This document shows positions 1-8,484 of a DNA stretch of 40,000 bases, piece by piece; the first letter of the stretch is position 1, and every line of letters begins with the position of its first letter. A model generated the notes under the pieces. It did not search any database and was not told the origin of the DNA. It saw nothing but the letters and a program-made list of their open reading frames with translations. A program made the position numbers and the translations under genes. Origin of the DNA: Candidatus Binatus sp. (GTDB lineage: Bacteria > Desulfobacterota > Binatia > Binatales > Binataceae); NCBI RefSeq assembly GCF_035272065.1, contig NZ_DATEQZ010000044.1, forward strand, positions 10,490 to 50,489, in the 5' to 3' direction.

Positions 1-1071
1 GGCCTTGGGATACTTTCCGCTGGCTCCAGCCTCGGCATAGTACTTCGCCGCGTTGGCTTCATCCTTGCGCGAGAGCAAGACCGCGGCGAGTAGCCATTTC
101 TCGAACGGGTCGTTCGAGTTGCCGAATTCCTCGACCGCGTTGGTCGGGAACTTGGACGCCGCCGCTACATCGACTGCCCATCCTTCCTTGTCGTTCTCCT
201 TGGACTTCATCAAGTCGATGATTTGCTTATGATAGGCCGCCTTCTTGGCCGGATCGCTGGTGGCGCGCTCGGCGCTGAACAGGGTCTGCAACTGAAGCAT
301 GAACTGGCCCGAGCCGGCATGCCCACCGGGCTCAGTTGGGAGAGTCTTGGCGGCTTCCTCCGCATTACCCATCTTGGCGTAAGTCGTTGAGAGTCCCTGG
401 CGCGCTGCGGCGTATTGCTGCGTGCCGCTGCCGTCGTCCATTATTTTCTTGAAGTCGTTGATCGCGTTGTTGTATTCGTTGCGATCGAACTTGCCCAACT
501 CGCGCTCGCAGTAGGCGCGGCCGAGGGTGTTTTCGCGAATCAGGTTGGGATCGGGCATCGCGAGCATGCTCGCAGTGAAGCCATCAATCGATTGGTTGAG
601 CAGTTTCTTCGATTGCTCGGCGTTATCGTCGAACAGAGTGGTCGCAGCCGTGAACCGCAGCCAGGCAAGCGGATACGCGGCGCGCAAGGCCAACTGCTCA
701 GGCTGGTCGTAGTCGCATTGCCCGCCACTGTCGATCTGCGCGATGCAATCGTCCTTCTTCTTGGAATAGGCTGCTTGCATCCGATCGAGCATCGACTCGA
801 GCTGATGGAAGATCGGGATCAGCGCGCCCTTGTCCACCTTGCCGCTCGAAGTGAGCTTGGCAAAGGTGCCCTCGGCGTTGTCGAGCCGGCTGATCACCTG
901 GTCTGCAGTCGACGCGTTGGACTCGGCCGACGACATCTGGCCCGAGAGGCTCGAAAGCTCTCCTTCGAGCTGCCCGGCGCTCTGCGCGGCCGCCATGCTG
1001 GCGGTGAAAGCGAGCGCAAAAAACGCGGTTAACATCGCCGTCAGACGATGCGAAAAAAGCGGACGTTTCAT
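1..1071 (-). CDS. secreted hypothetical protein, partial (C-terminus runs off the left window edge)
   Basis: Hand translation of the reverse strand from ATG 1071-1069 stays open for all 357 codons to base 1. It begins MKRPLFSHRLTAMLTAFFALAFTASMAAAQS (signal-peptide-like) and ends AKYYAEAGASGKYPKA. It is absent from the ORF track because no stop lies in the window. The + ORF 415..1032 is its shadow. Confidence 0.6.
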   Translation of the reverse strand, partial: MKRPLFSHRLTAMLTAFFALAFTASMAAAQSAGQLEGELSSLSGQMSSAESNASTADQVISRLDNAEGTFAKLTSSGKVDKGALIPIFHQLESMLDRMQAAYSKKKDDCIAQIDSGGQCDYDQPEQLALRAAYPLAWLRFTAATTLFDDNAEQSKKLLNQSIDGFTASMLAMPDPNLIRENTLGRAYCERELGKFDRNEYNNAINDFKKIMDDGSGTQQYAAARQGLSTTYAKMGNAEEAAKTLPTEPGGHAGSGQFMLQLQTLFSAERATSDPAKKAAYHKQIIDLMKSKENDKEGWAVDVAAASKFPTNAVEEFGNSNDPFEKWLLAAVLLSRKDEANAAKYYAEAGASGKYPKA

Positions 1072-1139
1072 TTGTCTAATCCCCAAATACTGTTCCCCGG
1101 GAAATTGTGGCCTTAACTAAGGATAATGCGGCGATAACG

Positions 1140-1865
1140 TCAAGCGAGCTCCAATACTCGCGCAACTTCAGGGACGCTGGCAAGCGAGCAAATCCTGGCG
1201 GTGCGGCCCGCAATCGAGGGCGCGGCCTGCCGGTCCTCGCGATCGATCAGCACCGCGGCCAGCCCGAGCGCCGCGGCCGGTGCGAAATCGAGATGCTCCG
1301 AGTCGCCGATATGCATCGCGTCGTGCTCAGTAACGCCGGCGCGCGAAAGAGCGGCGGCGAACGCCTCGCGCCGCGGCTTGGCGTAGCCGGCCTCGGACGA
1401 AATCGTTATCGAGTCGAAGTAACGGGTCTGGTCGAGGCCGTCGAGAATTCGATACAGGCGATAGTCGAAGTTGGAGATCACGCCGAGGTTGAGTCCATCG
1501 CTCTTTAGACGTTGGAGCATCGGCGCGGCTTCACGGTCCGCAATCCAATGAGCGGGATCGGCGAAATGGGCAAACAGGGCGTCGAAGTACGCGTCGAAGT
1601 CGGGAAATTTGCCCAGCGGCGCGAAGGTTTCGCCGACGCGATTCCGCCACCATCCCCGCTCGAGGCGCCGAAGCTGGTCGTGGCGAAGCCCGCGTCCGAA
1701 GGCCAAACCGGGCGCCGCACCGAAAACGCGGCGAAAACTCGCGGCGACGGCCTCCTCGGGCGCGTCGAGCCCGAAATCCCGCGCCAGGCGGGCGTAGGTG
1801 CGTCCGACAGGCTCGCGCGCCTCGAACAGCGTCCCGGCGGCATCGAAGAATGCGGCGCGGATCAA
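1140..1865 (-). CDS. HAD-superfamily hydrolase (subfamily IA-like)
   Basis: 241-aa ORF. The N-terminal FFDAAGTLF matches HAD motif I (DxDGTL-like). It also has a downstream ISNFD region and a C-terminal HIGDS motif IV-like region. Confidence 0.85.
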   Translation of the reverse strand: MIRAAFFDAAGTLFEAREPVGRTYARLARDFGLDAPEEAVAASFRRVFGAAPGLAFGRGLRHDQLRRLERGWWRNRVGETFAPLGKFPDFDAYFDALFAHFADPAHWIADREAAPMLQRLKSDGLNLGVISNFDYRLYRILDGLDQTRYFDSITISSEAGYAKPRREAFAAALSRAGVTEHDAMHIGDSEHLDFAPAAALGLAAVLIDREDRQAAPSIAGRTARICSLASVPEVARVLELA

Positions 1866-1878
1866 GAAATGCGAACCC

Positions 1879-2061
1879 TCACGGAGTTTCGTTTTTCACC
1901 GGCAGCGGCGCCTGCTCTTCGCACGCAGGATCGCGGCGGGCCCACCAGAAGATGTCGCACAGAGCGCCGCATGCGGCGAGATAAATTTTGGGCGGTTCGA
2001 CATGCGTCGAGGGCGGCGAGTAATCGGGAGCGCCGGTTTTGCTTTCGTGGTCGCGAAGCAT
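1879..2061 (-). CDS. small Cys-containing hypothetical protein (60 aa)
   Basis: The ORF sits between the permease and HAD genes on the same strand. Third-position G+C is high by eye and the composition is not shadow-like (YLAACGALCDIFWWARRDPAC). No clear SD and no recognised family. Confidence 0.35.
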   Translation of the reverse strand: MLRDHESKTGAPDYSPPSTHVEPPKIYLAACGALCDIFWWARRDPACEEQAPLPVKNETP

Positions 2062-2124
2062 GACGGGAGAAATGGTAGCTGATTCGGTAAATGTGGGAAA
2101 TCGCGCCGAGAGTCGAACTGCTCG

Positions 2125-3270
2125 TTACACGGCGCGGAGTTCGGTTGAAATGTCGCCGCGGGTCGCGAGCGTTGCCGGGATGAAGCCGCTGGCCGCCCCA
2201 ATAAGTGCGGCGATCAGAAAGCTGTAAACGACCATTCGCGGTTCCAGCGTCATCGCCAGCGCCAGCGGACCGAGCGCTCCGGAGACTCGCGGCAAGAGAT
2301 CGAAGCCCAGCAGTGCGAGCACGCACCCGAGCGCGCCCCCCGTCACCCCGACTATCAGGCCCTCGACCAGAATCCGCAGTATGATCGAGTTGCGCGTGAA
2401 TCCAATCGCGCGCATCACCGCCATCTCGTGGCGCCGCTCGCGCACCCCCATCGCAGCCGTGTTGGCGGCGACCAGCGCGATCGTGAACATCACGATCGCC
2501 GCGAGAAATTTCGCGCCGTTAAGCATCAGGCTCAGGTTGCTCCCGATCTGGTTCTTGATCAGCGCCACTTCGGTTTCCGTAGCCGTTTCGTACTGCGAAT
2601 TAGCGAACATCTCGTCGATCGCCGCGATAACTTCAGGCGATGATTTCGAGCTGTCCACCTTGACCCAGAACAGGTTGGCAGTGCCGGGCCGGCCGAGCAG
2701 TTCTTCCATGTAGTCGCGGCGGAAAATAATGCGAGGGCCGGCTGCATCCTCGTTCAGCACGCCGACGATTGTCAATTGCAGATCGACTGGATACATCGTA
2801 CCCCGCAACATGATCGTTTGGCCGACTTTCCAGCGGTAAACCTTCATCAGGTTGGTCGCGACCAGCGCCGCGGTGCGCATGCTCTCGAATTCGTGTTCGG
2901 TTTCCGCGCTGACATCCCAATCGGGAAAAATGTCGCGGATATGGTCGTCATCGACCGCGAGCACGCCCAGCTGCTGGTTCGGATCCTGGTAAGTTGCGAG
3001 GAAGACGCTGTAGGCCGCGACGGCCTGCACGTGCGGCAGGGTTTCGATTCGCCGACGGTAAGACTCGGGCAGCATGTAGAGCAGGCTGGCCTTGCTATGG
3101 CAGATGAGGCGCAGCGAGTTGGCGCGGTCGCGCAACACCTGGTTGAGCAGACCGGGCAGGCTGATAAGCGACGCGAAGATGAACACCGAGACGGTGATCG
3201 ACAGCATGGTAAGAATCGTGCGGCGCTTGTTGCGGGTGAGGTTTCGGAGCACGAGGGACAGGTAGTTCAT
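2125..3270 (-). CDS. ABC transporter permease, FtsX/MacB-like
   Basis: 381 aa. The N-terminus LRNLTRNKRRTILTMLSITVSVF is typical of FtsX-family permeases. A large extracytoplasmic domain is followed by three C-terminal TM helices. Confidence 0.85.
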   Translation of the reverse strand: MNYLSLVLRNLTRNKRRTILTMLSITVSVFIFASLISLPGLLNQVLRDRANSLRLICHSKASLLYMLPESYRRRIETLPHVQAVAAYSVFLATYQDPNQQLGVLAVDDDHIRDIFPDWDVSAETEHEFESMRTAALVATNLMKVYRWKVGQTIMLRGTMYPVDLQLTIVGVLNEDAAGPRIIFRRDYMEELLGRPGTANLFWVKVDSSKSSPEVIAAIDEMFANSQYETATETEVALIKNQIGSNLSLMLNGAKFLAAIVMFTIALVAANTAAMGVRERRHEMAVMRAIGFTRNSIILRILVEGLIVGVTGGALGCVLALLGFDLLPRVSGALGPLALAMTLEPRMVVYSFLIAALIGAASGFIPATLATRGDISTELRAV

Positions 3271-3282
3271 GGCGCGAGCTTA

Positions 3283-3378
3283 ATTGTAGTGAAACCGCCT
3301 TGGGTTTGCAGGGGTGACCGGCTCGTCGATCCTGACCTCTCATTGTCTTGGGAGAGGTTGGGATCCGGACGGGGAAGG
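3283..3378. repeat. intergenic palindromic repeat, family A, copy 1
   Basis: The core ATTGTAGTGAAACCGCCTTGGGTTTGCAGGGGTGACC is shared with 5855-5940 and, inverted, with 11245-11354 and 24349-24420. It is followed by a CCTCTC...GAGAGG hairpin. Confidence 0.7.
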
Positions 3379-3379
3379 G

Positions 3380-3931
3380 TTAGATCAAAAGCGCGCCGCG
3401 GAAGGGTTCGTCCCTCGGAGGCGGAAATTGGAGCAGGTTGATCGCCCATTTGCGGGCCTGGCGCAGCGCGTCTTCAGCGCGGCGGAAGATTCTTTCGCGA
3501 TACATTACGGACCATACGTACGCGTCGACTGACGGCTCGTCGCCGAGCGTGATGTCCAGCATCCAGTCCTCGAGCTGCGGACCACAAATCAGCAGGCGCA
3601 CCACGCGCCCGTGATCGATTACGATTCCGCGCGCATCGCGCGGGATGCGAAACTCGTCCTTGACCCGCTTGATTACGTTGGCCGGCGCGTGCTGCTCGGT
3701 CATCGCGACGTAGGCCCAATCGCCCTGCGGCGGATTGGCTTCGCGCGCGATGCGAAGGTTGTTGTCGGTCAAGTCTTCCTTGGCGCGGTCCTGGTCGTAG
3801 TCGCGCGCGACCTGGTAAAAGGCCATCGCGACCGGCAACTGCGGCATCTCGGTTTCGGACCTGGCCCGCTTGGGTTTCTTGAAGGTGGTTTCGACCCACC
3901 AGCGATTTTCGACGGTTGGCTTTTGCGGCAT
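3380..3931 (-). CDS. hypothetical protein (183 aa), translationally coupled to the upstream SprT-like gene
   Basis: The internal ATG at 3931-3929 (MPQKPTVENRWW...) overlaps the TGA stop of the upstream ORF, reading TGATG on the reverse strand. The longer track ORF 3380..4198 would overlap that gene by 267 nt. No recognised domain. Confidence 0.55.
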   Translation of the reverse strand: MPQKPTVENRWWVETTFKKPKRARSETEMPQLPVAMAFYQVARDYDQDRAKEDLTDNNLRIAREANPPQGDWAYVAMTEQHAPANVIKRVKDEFRIPRDARGIVIDHGRVVRLLICGPQLEDWMLDITLGDEPSVDAYVWSVMYRERIFRRAEDALRQARKWAINLLQFPPPRDEPFRGALLI

Positions 3932-4455
3932 CAGGCGACCCGCCGGGATTTGCGCGAGGCGATGCGCGTGGTGCGTCGCGATTTTCGTGCGACCGAAATG
4001 CGCGCGCCGCGCTTGCGGACGCGATTTGCGGCGCGGCGAGCGCTCGAGATTCCGGCGCGGATGCGCGAGCGCGCGGCGCCGCGGCCGCTGGTGGACTTGA
4101 GCCCGCGCCTCATCCGGCGCGAGAACAAATCGGCCTTGCGCTCCGGGTCGCTCCAAAAAATGAAGTGGCCCATCTCGTGATAGATCATCTGGATCCACAT
4201 CCGCTCGCTGAAATAGACGCGGCCACGCTTCCAGTTTTCAGGATGGACGAGATGGATGCGGCCGTCTTCGTAGGTGCGGCCGGCGGTTTTGCCCCAATCG
4301 ATATACTCGAACCATTCGATGCGCGGGCGGCGCACGTTGAAGTACCGGCACATCGACGAGATGGCGCGATTGAAATGCGCGGCGCGATGGCCGCGGAAAA
4401 ATTCGGCGAGGTTGCGATCGATTTCGCGCCGATGAGCGACAGGAGGAACAATCAT
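3931..4455 (-). CDS. SprT-like HExxH zinc-metallopeptidase-domain protein with Arg-rich C-terminal tail
   Basis: YHEMGHFIFW (HExxH encoded at 4165-4179). The preceding FNVRRPRIEWFEY..WGKTAGRTYEDGRIHL layout resembles the SprT-like N-domain. The last ~70 aa are R/K/S-rich with high GC3. Start chosen at MIVPP (4455), with GGAGG about 16 nt upstream; the track start 4575 is also possible. Confidence 0.6.
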   Translation of the reverse strand: MIVPPVAHRREIDRNLAEFFRGHRAAHFNRAISSMCRYFNVRRPRIEWFEYIDWGKTAGRTYEDGRIHLVHPENWKRGRVYFSERMWIQMIYHEMGHFIFWSDPERKADLFSRRMRRGLKSTSGRGAARSRIRAGISSARRAANRVRKRGARISVARKSRRTTRIASRKSRRVA

Positions 4456-4633
4456 TCGCACAAGCAGGCGACCTCCGGGAACAAATGCTGACCAAGTAAT
4501 GCGATCATACGGAGGCTCGTTCGTCAGAGTCAAACAAAGTCGGTGAAATGCCGGTTTATACCGATGTTTGATCATTCCATAAGTTCGAAACCGCCCGTCA
4601 GGAACGAGGTTGGCGCGCCTTGCCGGATCAAGG

Positions 4634-5845
4634 CTAACCGAGCGTACCGGAGGCTTTCAGCCGCGCGATTTCGTCCCAGGTCAGGCCGATTTCGAGCGCG
4701 ACTTCCTCCGTATGCTGACCTATTTCGGGCGCGGGACGGTGGGGCGTTTTGTTGGCGTCGCCGAACTCGACGGGACTGTTCACGACGCGACATCCGGGAA
4801 TGTTCGGGTGATCCACGGCGGCGAAAGCGCCGATCGCTTCGGCTTGCGGATCGTCGAGCACTTCGTCGTCGGTGCGCACAGGCGCCCAGACGAGATCGTG
4901 TCGATCGAAAATCGGAGCCCATTCGTCCGAGGTTCGGACGGCGACGGCGCGATCTATTTCATCGGTTAGCGCGGCGCAGTTTTGCGCGCGCGCAGCGGAA
5001 TCCTTGAAGCGGGGATCGTTTTGCCAATTTGATTTGTCCAGCGCGCGGCAGAAATCCGGCCAATGGCGATCGCTCTGGATCATCACGAAGTAGATCCAGC
5101 GCGCGTCGGCGCATCGGTAGGAGCTCCACAGCGGATTCACGCGTTCCGTGCGCGCCTCGGAATGCGGCGAGCGGCCGGTCATGAGTCCGACGGTGAGATC
5201 GGAGGCGTTCATCCACAGGCCCATCGAGAACAGCGAGATGTTGACCTCGCGGCCGCGACCGGTGCGCTCGCGCGCGAGCAGTGCGGCGGAGATTGCACCT
5301 GCCAGGCCGAGGCCGACGGCATGATCGATCATCGCCGGCCGCTGCGCGGGCGGCGACTGCCCGGGCTCGGCAATCGTCGCCATCAGCCCCGAGCGCGCCC
5401 ACGCGGCGGCGTAGTCGTACGCGGGACGATTGCGGTCGGGGCCGCGATGCCCGTAGCCGTTGATCGATCCATAGATGAGGCGCGGATTTTTCGCCGATAG
5501 CGTCGCGTAGTCGAGTTTCATCCTCTCGATGGCGTCGAGGCGCAGGCTGGTGACGAAGACGTCGGCGTGTTCGATGAGCTTGAGTGCGAAGGCGTGACCG
5601 CCCGGCGTGCGCAGGTCAACGGCGACGGACCGCTTGTTGCGATTGTCGAGTTCGAACGGCGGACGGATGCGCGCGTTGGGATCACCCATCGTGCGCGTGA
5701 CGAAGCCGCGAATCGGATCTCCCGTGCGCGGGTCTTCGAGTTTAATAACGTCGGCGCCCCAGTCGCCGAGCACCGCGGTGGTGGACGGCCCTGCGACCCA
5801 CATCGCAACTTCGACGACTCTGACGCCTTCGAGCGGAAGATCCAT
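4634..5845 (-). CDS. CaiB/BaiF family (family III) CoA-transferase
   Basis: MDLPLEGVRVVEVAMWVAGPSTTAVLGDWGADVIKLEDP is the canonical family III N-terminus. Start moved to ATG 5845, because the 19 upstream codons of the track ORF translate repeat A2. Confidence 0.9.
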   Translation of the reverse strand: MDLPLEGVRVVEVAMWVAGPSTTAVLGDWGADVIKLEDPRTGDPIRGFVTRTMGDPNARIRPPFELDNRNKRSVAVDLRTPGGHAFALKLIEHADVFVTSLRLDAIERMKLDYATLSAKNPRLIYGSINGYGHRGPDRNRPAYDYAAAWARSGLMATIAEPGQSPPAQRPAMIDHAVGLGLAGAISAALLARERTGRGREVNISLFSMGLWMNASDLTVGLMTGRSPHSEARTERVNPLWSSYRCADARWIYFVMIQSDRHWPDFCRALDKSNWQNDPRFKDSAARAQNCAALTDEIDRAVAVRTSDEWAPIFDRHDLVWAPVRTDDEVLDDPQAEAIGAFAAVDHPNIPGCRVVNSPVEFGDANKTPHRPAPEIGQHTEEVALEIGLTWDEIARLKASGTLG

Positions 5846-5854
5846 AGGAACTTG

Positions 5855-5940
5855 ATTGTAGTGAAACCCGCCGTGGGTTTGCAGGGGTGGCCCTTCACCC
5901 AATGTTAAGAAAAAGATGTGAGACCTCGTCCCTGTTGGAA
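5855..5940. repeat. intergenic palindromic repeat, family A, copy 2 (long form)
   Basis: Contains GTGAAACCCGCCGTGGGTTTGCAGGGGTGGCCC...AAAAGATGTGAGACCTCGTCCCTGTTGGAAC. It matches the reverse complement of 11245-11354 along about 90 nt. Confidence 0.7.
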
Positions 5941-5950
5941 CTTCCTTAAT

Positions 5951-5988
5951 ACGAAAACCGCGCGCGGACCTTTGTAGTCCGCACGCGG
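5951..5988 (-). terminator. rho-independent terminator candidate downstream of 6015..6449
   Basis: The reverse strand reads CCGCGTGCGGAC-tacaaag-GTCCGCGCGCGG followed by TTTTCGTATT. This is a 12-bp stem with one G.U pair, about 27 nt after the stop codon. Confidence 0.6.
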
Positions 5989-6014
5989 CAGAGTGCTGCT
6001 ATCAAATTAGTGCG

Positions 6015-6449
6015 CTAGCGGGCGCGATGCATCCGGCGCGGCTCGCGGCGCCGCACTCGATTTACCGTGAGGCGCTGCATCCGGCTCGCTTCCTTCAGGC
6101 GCAGGCGGAGCGGACTGCCGCCGCGGCCTGCCACCAGTTCCGACAGGCGCCATCGCAAGCCGTCGGTGTCGATGCCGAGTGCGTCGCATACGCTGACGAA
6201 CGACAAAGGACTCGAGACACGATTGCTGAAGAACCAGTTCCAGGCCTCGTTAAACGAGTTGCGTTTGCGCAGGCTCGAGGAGCCGCCGAATTCCTGCACG
6301 ACATTAATCGCGTCGGCCAGCACCGCGAGCATCAGCCGCTGCTCGCTCGAGAGCGCGCGCGTGCCGACCATCTCGAAGAACTGGCTGCGAAGGATTACGT
6401 CGGGAAAGGGACGCGGATCGGCGACGCCGATTGTGGTGATGGTACTCAT
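6015..6449 (-). CDS. small conserved hypothetical protein (paralog of 22498..22962), basic C-terminus
   Basis: 144 aa with GGAGG 8-12 nt upstream of the ATG. It shares EQRLMLAVLADAINVVQ, SF.SVCDALGI and LRLK blocks with the 22498..22962 product. Confidence 0.7.
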   Translation of the reverse strand: MSTITTIGVADPRPFPDVILRSQFFEMVGTRALSSEQRLMLAVLADAINVVQEFGGSSSLRKRNSFNEAWNWFFSNRVSSPLSFVSVCDALGIDTDGLRWRLSELVAGRGGSPLRLRLKEASRMQRLTVNRVRRREPRRMHRAR

Positions 6450-6783
6450 TGTTCAGCTTCCTCCCTCCCCCGAGCGAAGAGCTTGAACTCGAAAGATTCC
6501 CTGCGGGCGAACAGCAGCTTCACTTACACACCGCCCTTTTCCGTCCAGTAAACAACGACGGAGAGAAAGAAACTTAGTGAGAACGGTGACTCATTGCAAG
6601 GGAAAAGTCAGAGCCTAAATTCGCCGTTGCTAGCTTTGGATAAGCAAAAATTGTCTGGCGATAACGTTAGAATTAGCGTAAGCGAATGGCGCCCGCGCGC
6701 AAAAAACAATTGTTGTCGATACGCACGGACGCTCTGCTATAGTTGCATCCTCACTAAGAAAGGGCGGCCCAAGGGGAATCGCG

Positions 6784-7116
6784 ATGGCAGATTTCTACGG
6801 CAAGGAAACCTCGAAGTATCTCCGCAACCTGCGCCAGAATGCGCCCGACGCGTTCAAGGGCTTCCTGGAATTCGACAAGGAAGTCTTCAAGGACGGGGCG
6901 ATCCCAAGCAAAACGAAAGAGTTGATGGCGATCACGGCGGCGCACGTGACGCAGTGCCCCTGGTGCATCGAGGCGCACGTCACGCGCGCGAAAGAGAAAG
7001 GATGCACCAACCAGGAGATTGCGGAGGCGGTGTGGGTCGCGGCGGCGATGCGTGCGGGCGCGGCGTTCAGTCATGGCGCAATTGCGATGGCGGTTGCGGA
7101 CGAGCACAAGCACTAG
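6784..7116 (+). CDS. carboxymuconolactone decarboxylase / AhpD-like family protein
   Basis: 110 aa. The TKELMAITAAHVTQCPWCIEAHV segment carries the CxxC motif typical of the AhpD/CMD fold. Confidence 0.8.
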   Translation: MADFYGKETSKYLRNLRQNAPDAFKGFLEFDKEVFKDGAIPSKTKELMAITAAHVTQCPWCIEAHVTRAKEKGCTNQEIAEAVWVAAAMRAGAAFSHGAIAMAVADEHKH

Positions 7117-7144
7117 CAAGCCTGGCGCGCATTCGGCAGCATAG

Positions 7145-8311
7145 GTGGGAATGGATCACGCGCTTAAAGATCGGAAAACACGGCAGATAACGATTGGCGG
7201 TACCAAGGTCGGCGGCGACGCGCCGGTGGTGGTGCAGTCGATGTGCGCGACGCGGACGATCGACATCGATGAGACCGTCGCGCAGGCGCATCAGCTGGCA
7301 GATGCGGGCGCGGGAATCGTGCGCATCGCGATCGACAGCGAAAAGGAAATCCCGGCGGTCAAGGAGATCCGCGAGCAGACCAAGGGTGTCGTCCTGTCGG
7401 TCGATTTGCAGGAGAACTACAAAATCGCGGACCGCGTCGCGCCGCACGTCGACAAGATCCGCTACAACCCGGGGCATCTGCACCATATCGAGAAGTCGAA
7501 GACGATCGAGCAGAAGGTGAAGTGGCTGGTCGATGTGGCGCGGGACAACGACGTCGCGATTCGGATCGGCGTCAACTGCGGCTCGGTGGCGCCGGCGTTC
7601 CTGGACAAGTACCCGGGCGATCAACTCGCGGCGATCGTCGAGTCGGCCGCGTACCATTGCGATCTGATGGACCAGCTCGGCTTCACCCGCTTCGTCGTGT
7701 CGCTGAAGGATTCCGATCCCGTCAAGGTGATGGACGCGAATCGCCGCTTCTCGAAGCGGCGGCCCGACGTCCCGATACATCTTGGCGTCACCGAAGCGGG
7801 GTTGCCGCCCGACGGGATCATCAAGACGCGGATAGCGTTCGAGAAACTGCTCGCGCAAAGTATCGGCGATACGATCCGTGTCTCGCTCACGCTGCCCAAC
7901 GAGCGCAAGCATGAGGAAGTGCTGGTCGGGCACAAGATTATCCAGGACGTCGCGGCGGGCAGGTTTATCTCGGTGCCGGACTTCGGCGCGGGACTGAATA
8001 TCATCTCGTGCCCGTCGTGCTCGCGCGTCGAGAACATGAAATTCGTCGAGCTGGCGCAGCAGGTGAAGGAGCTCACGGTCTACGCCGAGAAGTACAAGAT
8101 CACGATTGCGATCATGGGATGCCGTGTGAACGGGCCGGGCGAGACGGATGACGCCGACCTCGGGCTGTGGTGCGGTCCGACGACGGTGAATCTCAAAAAG
8201 AAGGATCGCAAGCTGGGCTATTTCGGCTACGAAGAAGTATTGCCCAAGCTGCGCGCCGAGCTGGATCGGTTGATCGCAGAGCGCACTGCCGCCGCTGCCA
8301 CCACGAATTAA
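7145..8311 (+). CDS. ispG: 4-hydroxy-3-methylbut-2-en-1-yl diphosphate synthase
   Basis: [30 protein letters not shown]-terminus, plus C-terminal CPSCSR and GCRVNGPGE cluster-binding motifs characteristic of IspG/GcpE. Confidence 0.95.
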   Translation: MGMDHALKDRKTRQITIGGTKVGGDAPVVVQSMCATRTIDIDETVAQAHQLADAGAGIVRIAIDSEKEIPAVKEIREQTKGVVLSVDLQENYKIADRVAPHVDKIRYNPGHLHHIEKSKTIEQKVKWLVDVARDNDVAIRIGVNCGSVAPAFLDKYPGDQLAAIVESAAYHCDLMDQLGFTRFVVSLKDSDPVKVMDANRRFSKRRPDVPIHLGVTEAGLPPDGIIKTRIAFEKLLAQSIGDTIRVSLTLPNERKHEEVLVGHKIIQDVAAGRFISVPDFGAGLNIISCPSCSRVENMKFVELAQQVKELTVYAEKYKITIAIMGCRVNGPGETDDADLGLWCGPTTVNLKKKDRKLGYFGYEEVLPKLRAELDRLIAERTAAAATTN

Positions 8312-8484
8312 GCGGCTACCTGGCCGCGCGCAAATTCGTTCGCTGCATTCACCAAGAGAAGAGCCGCTCAACTTTTCCTGAGTCATCGCGCTGTTATGTC
8401 GTCCCTGTTTTGTGCCATCTAAGAGGCTGGCCAGGCCGCTTCGATCGCTTCATCCGCTGCTAACCCGGCCGGCAGGAGGATTTT

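Noticed and set aside
415-1032. 205-aa + strand ORF (and the overlapping short ORFs 527..712 and 830..1120)
   Set aside because: Arg/Ala/Gly/Val-rich shadow of the reverse-strand secreted-protein gene, which I translated continuously from 1071 to base 1.
3380-4198. 272-aa version of the ORF downstream of the SprT-like gene
   Set aside because: Its first 89 codons are R/P/A-rich shadow sequence overlapping the SprT-like gene's basic tail in another frame. The ATG at 3931, overlapping the upstream stop (TGATG), is the more economical start.
5846-5902. N-terminal extensions in the track ORFs 4634..5902, 10213..11418, 11360..12676, 27867..28238, 15070..16098 and 37397..38365
   Set aside because: The extra codons translate intergenic repeat elements or spacer DNA (for example [38 protein letters not shown]). 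Better-supported internal starts with an SD, or with conserved protein N-termini, exist.
6521-6561. Sigma54 (-24/-12) promoter interpretation of the motif shared upstream of the two small paralogs
   Set aside because: CTGGAC/CTGGAT is present, but no TTGC lies at the required spacing in either copy. It is retained only as an unexplained conserved motif.
7067-8386. 439-aa - strand ORF antisense to ispG
   Set aside because: Its R/D/L-rich composition is typical of antisense frames in high-G+C DNA. It fully overlaps a gene with unmistakable IspG motifs.
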